Shown here in pieces: positions 15,171-20,000 of a DNA stretch of 20,000 nt. Each line of letters starts with the position of its first letter. Position 1 is the first letter of the stretch. The DNA is from an uncultured virus (IMG/VR IMGVR_UViG_3300046747_000190). Taxonomy: Duplodnaviria; Heunggongvirae; Uroviricota; Caudoviricetes. The notes under the pieces were generated by a model that worked only from the letters and a program-made list of their open reading frames with translations, ran no database searches and was not told where the DNA came from. A program made the translations under genes and the position numbers. The stretch lies in the IMG/VR virus record IMGVR_UViG_3300046747_000190. One strand, 5' to 3'.

Positions 15171-15589
15171 GCACACTCGCAGCACAAACCCCATGGGCGG
15201 AGCGTCGCTCGTCTCGCCACGATGAGATGTGCGCGGCCGTCGCTGCGCATCCCGGGCGCCTCTTCCACGGCTTCACTGGCGAGGTTGGAGCGACCGTCGA
15301 GGCTCCATGCGGGGCCGGCTTCATCGACGTCCTAGCGGCCACGGTGGGCCCACCCGAAGAGGTACGCGTCGCGCTCGTTGAGGTGAAGACCCGGAATGAG
15401 GCGAGCAGCGCCGGCGACATCCTCCGTCAGCTCAAGTGGTACGAACAGAGAATGCCGTTAGACGCGCCTGTGCGCCTCGTCCTGGTCGTCGAGAACGAGG
15501 GGGCCATGCCGCCCGCGATGCTCGCTCTCCTGCTCCACGAGGGCGTCGAGGTGCTGCCGATTCACTATTTCGAGAAGGTCGCGGAATGA
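15167..15589 (+). CDS. Small PD-(D/E)XK nuclease (140 aa)
   Basis: E...GFIDVLA...LVEVKT...RQLKWY gives D...ExK plus QxxxY. Confidence 0.75.
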   Translation: MSTLAAQTPWAERRSSRHDEMCAAVAAHPGRLFHGFTGEVGATVEAPCGAGFIDVLAATVGPPEEVRVALVEVKTRNEASSAGDILRQLKWYEQRMPLDAPVRLVLVVENEGAMPPAMLALLLHEGVEVLPIHYFEKVAE

Positions 15590-16479
15590 GCTGGGTAAAG
15601 CTCGATGACGCGGCTTACGAGCACACGAAACTGCTAGCAGTGGGCGCGGCGGCGTCTTGGCTCTGGGTTTGCGGGCTGTCCTACTGCAACAGGCAGAAGC
15701 GCCGCGATGGTTTCATCCCGTTGACCAAGGTCGCATTGCTGTATCCAGGCGTCGGCCCGAAGCAGGCGAAGCGGCTTGTGGATGCCGGTCTCTGGGAGAG
15801 CACGAGCGGAGGGTTTCTGATCCACGGCTATCATGAATACCAACCTTCTGAAGAGTTCTCCGAACTCCAATCTGTGCGAGGCGCGATAGGTGGGTCTGTC
15901 AAGTCGGAAGCGAAGCGCCAAGCTGCTATTGAGCGTGAGGCCAAAAGACGGAAAGCACAAGCCGAAGCAGAAGCCGCTAACCACAAGCCGGCTTCTGCTA
16001 ACCGACCACAACAACCACAAGCCTCTCCCGGCCCGGCCCGGCCCGATCCCGGCCCGAGAGAGAAGATCCCCCTACCCCCAACCGAACCAGCCAGACCCAA
16101 ACCGGCAGATCCGATGGCGGCGGCTTTCCTGCCGATTGGCGAGGATATCGCTCGAATTCACGAGCGCTGGAAGCTCTCGACCGGGCTGACAGGCCATCGG
16201 CTCAAGAGTCCGACAAGCTTGGATTCCATGACACTTCGCGAGGCCATCGACGCTCACGGCGAGTCCGAGTGCCTGCTCGTAGCGGAGGCTTGCATGCGCG
16301 ACCGGATGGTCAACGGAGAGGCCGACGAGCGGGGGCTGGACCATCGGTCGATCGGCTACGTCTTCGGTAACGAGACGGCCTTCGCCAGAATCCTGAAGGC
16401 CGCCCAGGACTCGAAACCACCCGCTGCGGTGCCGGCCGAGGACCCATTCGAGGCCGCCATGAGGGCGACGCCGCCATGA
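15586..16479 (+). CDS. Phage replication initiator (replisome organiser)
   Basis: MSWVKLDD...H.K...LW..GLSYC...DGFIP...LVDAGLW...IHGYHEYQP N-terminus, repeat-rich middle, and position directly before primase and helicase. Confidence 0.82.
   Translation: MSWVKLDDAAYEHTKLLAVGAAASWLWVCGLSYCNRQKRRDGFIPLTKVALLYPGVGPKQAKRLVDAGLWESTSGGFLIHGYHEYQPSEEFSELQSVRGAIGGSVKSEAKRQAAIEREAKRRKAQAEAEAANHKPASANRPQQPQASPGPARPDPGPREKIPLPPTEPARPKPADPMAAAFLPIGEDIARIHERWKLSTGLTGHRLKSPTSLDSMTLREAIDAHGESECLLVAEACMRDRMVNGEADERGLDHRSIGYVFGNETAFARILKAAQDSKPPAAVPAEDPFEAAMRATPP
15956..16056. repeat. Putative replication origin inside the initiator gene
   Basis: CACAAGCC at 15956, 15982 and 16016; 11-bp inverted repeat AGCAGAAGCCG (15966-15976) / CGGCTTCTGCT (15989-15999); GGCCC tandem at 16030-16055. 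Confidence 0.6.
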
Positions 16480-17495
16480 CGACGACCCGTCCGGACTACG
16501 CCCGCGAGGTGCGCTCGGCGCTCTCGGACCCGGTCCGGTTGTGCGTCGGGCTAGGTCTCGAGAAGGGCGCGCAGCGTCAGTCGAGGGGGCTGCTGGTGTG
16601 CTGTCCGGTGCACGGGGAACGCAACCCATCGTGCTCTGTGACACCCGGCCCGGACGGGACGGCGCGGGTCCGTTGCTTCGCCTGTGACTTCTCCGGAGAC
16701 GCGCTAACACTGATCGCCGTCGTCCTAGGAATGAATCTCCGGCTCGCCGACGACTTCCGCGAGGTGCTTGCTGAGGGCGCAAGGATCGCCGGTCACCTGT
16801 CGCTCGAGGCGGAGATTCGAGACGGTCGGGCGTCGCAGAACCGCCGACCTGTCGACCCGCCGAAGCCGGCCCCGGAACGAGACTATCCGCCGCGTGAAGA
16901 TGTCCATGATCTCTGGTCCGGAGGGAGCGCACCGGCAGACGATCCAGAGGCGAGCGGATATCTGGTGCGTCGGCTGCTCGATCCTCAACTCGTCACGGAG
17001 CGTGGGCTCGCACGTGTCATCGCCGACCCGCTGCCGTCTTGGGCGAGCTATCGCCGCTCGAGCTGGGAGGAAACGGGACATCGGTTGATCGTCCGTGCCT
17101 TCGACGCGACCGGTCGGATGCGGAGCGTGCGTGCCATGCGTATCCGAGACGGCGAGAGCCCCAAGCGTCTGCCACCGGGAGGTTTCAAGGCGGCGGAGCT
17201 CGCGCTGCTCAACGCATCGGCGTGGAGGATGCTGCGCGGCGAGAAGACAGCTCGCGTCGTTGTGATCGTAGAGGGCGAGCCCGACTGGCTGACATGGAGC
17301 ACACGCATCGAAGAACCGGTCGTCGGGATCCTGACCGGTACGTGGACGCCCGCGTTCGCCATGGCGATCCCGAGGATGGCGACCGTGACAATTCGGACCC
17401 ACACGGACGACGCCGGCAATCGTTACGCGCAAACAGTGATCGAATCTCTGGACGGCAAGAGGAATCTGCGTCGCGCCACCCCGGAGGCTGCATGA
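16476..17495 (+). CDS. DNA primase (CHC2 Zn finger plus TOPRIM)
   Basis: CPVHGERNPSCSV...CFAC; VIVEGEPD; THTDDAG. Confidence 0.88.
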   Translation: MTTTRPDYAREVRSALSDPVRLCVGLGLEKGAQRQSRGLLVCCPVHGERNPSCSVTPGPDGTARVRCFACDFSGDALTLIAVVLGMNLRLADDFREVLAEGARIAGHLSLEAEIRDGRASQNRRPVDPPKPAPERDYPPREDVHDLWSGGSAPADDPEASGYLVRRLLDPQLVTERGLARVIADPLPSWASYRRSSWEETGHRLIVRAFDATGRMRSVRAMRIRDGESPKRLPPGGFKAAELALLNASAWRMLRGEKTARVVVIVEGEPDWLTWSTRIEEPVVGILTGTWTPAFAMAIPRMATVTIRTHTDDAGNRYAQTVIESLDGKRNLRRATPEAA

Positions 17496-18544
17496 AGACT
17501 GCGGACGAGAACGACAAGGCGAAGGCCGGAACGCTGCCAAAGCATCCGGAAGCCGGCACCGTGCAGATCGGGAAAGTCATCCCGATGCGGCGTGAGCTGC
17601 GCGCCGTCTCGATCTTCGACGCCTTCGGCCGGATCATCGAGGAAGCGAAGGCCGGCAAGCCAGCAATGGGGCTGACAACCGGGCACTACAAGCTCGACGC
17701 GCGCCTATGCGGTCTCCGCCGAAAGACCATCACGACGCTCGGGGCCCGCACGTCGTTCGGGAAGACCAGCAAGGCTCTCCAGATCGCGAATCTGAATCTG
17801 AAGCTCGGCGAAGTCATCCTGTTCATCAGCACGGAGGACAACGAGGCCATGTGCCTCAAGCGGCTTCTCGCCGCGCGCGCCGGCGTGAACGCGCTCAGGC
17901 TGCGAGCCAACACATGCACGAAGGATGAGCTGCGAGACATGGAGATTGTGCAGGCGAAGGGTGAGCGGCAACCGTTCTTCGTGGAAGCGATCGGCGCGAA
18001 CGTAGAGGACATCTGCACGTTCATCCGGATGTTCTGCCGACAGCAGACCGAGGAACGCGGCGCCGGCAAAGACACGGCGCTCGTCGTCGTCGACTACCTG
18101 CAGAAGATCCGAACTCAGGGTTTGCACCAAGACCGTCGCTTGCAGGTCGGCTACATCGCCGACGAGATCGGCAACACGATCAAAGAACACAATGCCGCCG
18201 GTCTACTTCTTTCACAGGTCAAGCGACCCGATAAGAACAGGCCAGCGGAGCCACCGACGCTGTACGACCTCAAGGAGGCGGGAGAGATCGAGAACGCCTC
18301 CGAGGCTGTGCTCATCGGCCATGTCGAATATCAGGACATTCCAGGCGCGCGCTCGAAGCTCCGCACGAGGAAGATCAAGGTCGAGAAGAACAAGGACGGC
18401 CCTACCTTCGACGACGAATGGATCGACCAGGACTTCGATGAATACACAGCGAGCTTCCGCGAGACGCAAGGGCGCATCTATGACGACCCGCAGGAGGAAC
18501 TCGATCTCGAGCCACCAGAGCTAGACGATCCGAGGTTCCTATGA
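17492..18544 (+). CDS. dnaB: DnaB-like replicative helicase (C-terminal ATPase domain only, 350 aa)
   Basis: TTG...LD...GL, Walker A GARTSFGKT, ISTE, VVVDYLQ, LSQ, DLKEAGEIE and KNKDGP motifs. ATG 17492 overlaps the primase stop. Confidence 0.92.
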   Translation: MKTADENDKAKAGTLPKHPEAGTVQIGKVIPMRRELRAVSIFDAFGRIIEEAKAGKPAMGLTTGHYKLDARLCGLRRKTITTLGARTSFGKTSKALQIANLNLKLGEVILFISTEDNEAMCLKRLLAARAGVNALRLRANTCTKDELRDMEIVQAKGERQPFFVEAIGANVEDICTFIRMFCRQQTEERGAGKDTALVVVDYLQKIRTQGLHQDRRLQVGYIADEIGNTIKEHNAAGLLLSQVKRPDKNRPAEPPTLYDLKEAGEIENASEAVLIGHVEYQDIPGARSKLRTRKIKVEKNKDGPTFDDEWIDQDFDEYTASFRETQGRIYDDPQEELDLEPPELDDPRFL

Positions 18545-18696
18545 CCCGCCGCAAGCCCGCGCGCCGCCATCCGCTCCTCGTCCCGGCGCGCCCGTTCAAG
18601 GCCCGGCTCGGCGAGGCATGGCGCGGCTCGGTCCGGCTCGCCACAGCAGGCGAAGCACCAAGCGCGTGGGAGGCGCGCTTCGGAATGAATAGCTGA
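18541..18696 (+). CDS. Small basic ORF (51 aa) spanning a pentamer repeat
   Basis: Translated by hand. RBS GAGG and ATGA overlap with the helicase stop. Confidence 0.4.
   Translation: MTRRKPARRHPLLVPARPFKARLGEAWRGSVRLATAGEAPSAWEARFGMNS
18600..18639 (+). repeat. Degenerate pentanucleotide array (GGYNN) x8
   Basis: GGCCC GGCTC GGCGA GGCAT GGCGC GGCTC GGTCC GGCTC. Confidence 0.65.
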
Positions 18697-18700
18697 AACG

Positions 18701-18750
18701 AAAAAAAGCCCCGCTGCGGGCGAGGCCATTCCGGAGCTTTGGCGGGCTTC
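18701..18750 (-). terminator. Possible intrinsic terminator or RNA hairpin
   Basis: A-run followed by GCCCCGC, with GCGGGC and GCGGGCTT partners downstream. On the minus strand this is a GC stem followed by a T-run; pairing is imperfect. Confidence 0.35.
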
Positions 18751-18768
18751 CTGGAAGGATCTCGTACC

Positions 18769-19845
18769 ATGCAGTTTGCAGAAAAGCGACCCCCCGAGTC
18801 TGCCGAGCCTCCGTCGACTGCCGAGCAAGAGCGCGAACTCGCCGATCATCTCGCCCGCCCCGATCCTGCGCGCAGCTCGAACTTCGCCAAGATGTGTGCG
18901 GAACTCGAGGGCAGCGGGCAACGGAGTGTCCGCTGTAGGACATGCGCCGGCACGGGCGCGAGAACGATGCCGAAGGCGGTCTTCGAACTCTGGAAGACGA
19001 AGATCGCGACGGCCGCGCCATCGGCTCGAGACAAGCTCCGCAAGGAATTCAGCCGCGCGACGGAATGCAGCTCCTGCACCGGCACCGGTTACAGGCTCTC
19101 GTTCTCGACCGTTCAGCGGAGCCCCTGCGACGAATGCCGAACGACTGGCAGGGACGCCGACGGGTCGACCTGCCGGGCCTGCCGAGGCGCCGGAGCGATC
19201 AACCTGGGGCGCCCGGACCGGTGGCGGTGGAACGCCGTCTGGTGCTCGAGATGTAAGGGGCACGGGAACGTGTGGGACGAGGAGCGGCAAGACGATTGCC
19301 CGATTTGCCACGGAGCCGGCTTCAACATTCCGGTGACCGTTTTCGAGACTGGGTGTTCGAAGAAGGGTCGGGGCGCGCCCGGAGCTGAAGCGGCCGACGA
19401 CGCCGATCAGTCCAGCTCTGCCGGCCGCGTCATCACCGAGGGGATGCCCGTGCACGAGCTCGACCGCGTCGCCGATCGGAAAGCCGCCCAGACGCTCCGA
19501 TGGCTGCGGGAGGTCGATCCGGACGCTGCGGACGCACTGGAGGCCTTCCACGGCGCCGAAGGTGACCGGTGGGCAGGCGATCCGCTCAGAGGGCGCATCT
19601 TTGCCGTCTGGCCGCTGACCAGCGCCTGCCGTGAGCTGCTCGGGCCAGACTACGACATGGCCCGCATCCGTGGCTTGACGGCCCTGCTGAGGCCCCACGA
19701 TAGGCTAGACGCCATCCGGACCGACGAAGCCCGCGGAGCCATCCCGAACATTGCGACGCGCCTGCTGCTGGCCGATGCAGCGGAGCAGGCGCCAGAGCTG
19801 CTCGAACGCGCCCGAGCCCTGCTTCTGGAATCGGCAGAAGGATGA
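18769..19845 (+). CDS. Protein with six DnaJ-type CxxCxxxG Zn-binding repeats; possible late-gene regulator
   Basis: CRTCAGTG, CSSCTGTG, CDECRTTG, CRACRGAG, CSRCKGHG, CPICHGAG. No J-domain HPD motif. RBS AAGGA before ATG 18769. Confidence 0.75.
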   Translation: MQFAEKRPPESAEPPSTAEQERELADHLARPDPARSSNFAKMCAELEGSGQRSVRCRTCAGTGARTMPKAVFELWKTKIATAAPSARDKLRKEFSRATECSSCTGTGYRLSFSTVQRSPCDECRTTGRDADGSTCRACRGAGAINLGRPDRWRWNAVWCSRCKGHGNVWDEERQDDCPICHGAGFNIPVTVFETGCSKKGRGAPGAEAADDADQSSSAGRVITEGMPVHELDRVADRKAAQTLRWLREVDPDAADALEAFHGAEGDRWAGDPLRGRIFAVWPLTSACRELLGPDYDMARIRGLTALLRPHDRLDAIRTDEARGAIPNIATRLLLADAAEQAPELLERARALLLESAEG

Positions 19846-20000
19846 GCGAGATCCCGCCAGAGATCCCGATCTCGGTAATCGCGAGAGCCTGCGGGATTTC
19901 GCGTCGCGCGGCAGCCAGACGCATTCGCCACGCTGGGATCCTGGTCATGGCCGGCCTGCGCGCGGTGGCCCCTCGAGCAGCGGTCCGAGACCGACTGCCG
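19842..20000 (+). CDS. HTH DNA-binding protein, truncated by the window end
   Basis: ATGA overlap. MSEIPPEIPISVIARACGISRRAAARRIRHAGI has an HTH pattern. Confidence 0.6.
   Translation, partial: MSEIPPEIPISVIARACGISRRAAARRIRHAGILVMAGLRAVAPRAAVRDRLP

Larger units (their letters stand above)
1..20000. mobile_element. Temperate phage/prophage early region (recombination - immunity - replication modules)
   Basis: Divergent cI/cro switch, leftward RecE-like and Sak4-like recombination genes, rightward initiator/primase/DnaB/RusA, orphan methyltransferases, many small ORFs with ATGA/GTGA overlaps, and no host housekeeping genes. Confidence 0.93.

Noticed and set aside
12960..15589. MT-A70 methyltransferase plus PD-(D/E)XK nuclease as a restriction-modification pair
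   Set aside because: Separated by three genes inside a replication operon, and the nuclease lacks a recognition domain
1..20000. CRISPR array, tRNA, integrase/att site, reverse transcriptase or DGR
   Set aside because: No spaced repeats, cloverleaf, recombinase or RT motifs were seen by eye, and intergenic space is minimal

Overview
This is a GC-rich, densely coding window that reads as the early region of a lambdoid-type temperate phage or prophage. The immunity switch (about 9200-10154) has a cI-like repressor, a divergent cro-like gene, two outward promoters sharing an identical 19-bp element, and four AAG(C/T)-NN-GCTT operator candidates. The leftward, largely translationally coupled operon (minus strand, 9203 to 1) encodes several small or membrane ORFs, a RecE/DUF3799-like exonuclease, a Sak4/AAA_24-like ATPase, a coiled-coil protein, a C5 cytosine methyltransferase, DUF1643, a Zn-ribbon protein, a MazG-like protein and a HerA/DUF87 ATPase with tandem C-terminal winged helices. 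The rightward operon (plus strand, 9840 to 20000) encodes Cro, a Zn-finger protein, a 2-TM protein, a transglycosylase-like protein, a Cys-rich membrane protein, a second MazG-like protein, an MT-A70 adenine methyltransferase, a partial beta-clamp-like protein, RusA, a PD-(D/E)XK nuclease, a replication initiator with an internal origin candidate, a primase, DnaB, a protein with six CxxCxxxG motifs, and a truncated HTH gene. One membrane-protein gene lies antisense directly after cro. No integrase, structural genes, tRNA or CRISPR array is visible. All family calls come from motifs recognised by eye, not from database searches. A myxobacterial host is a weak inference.
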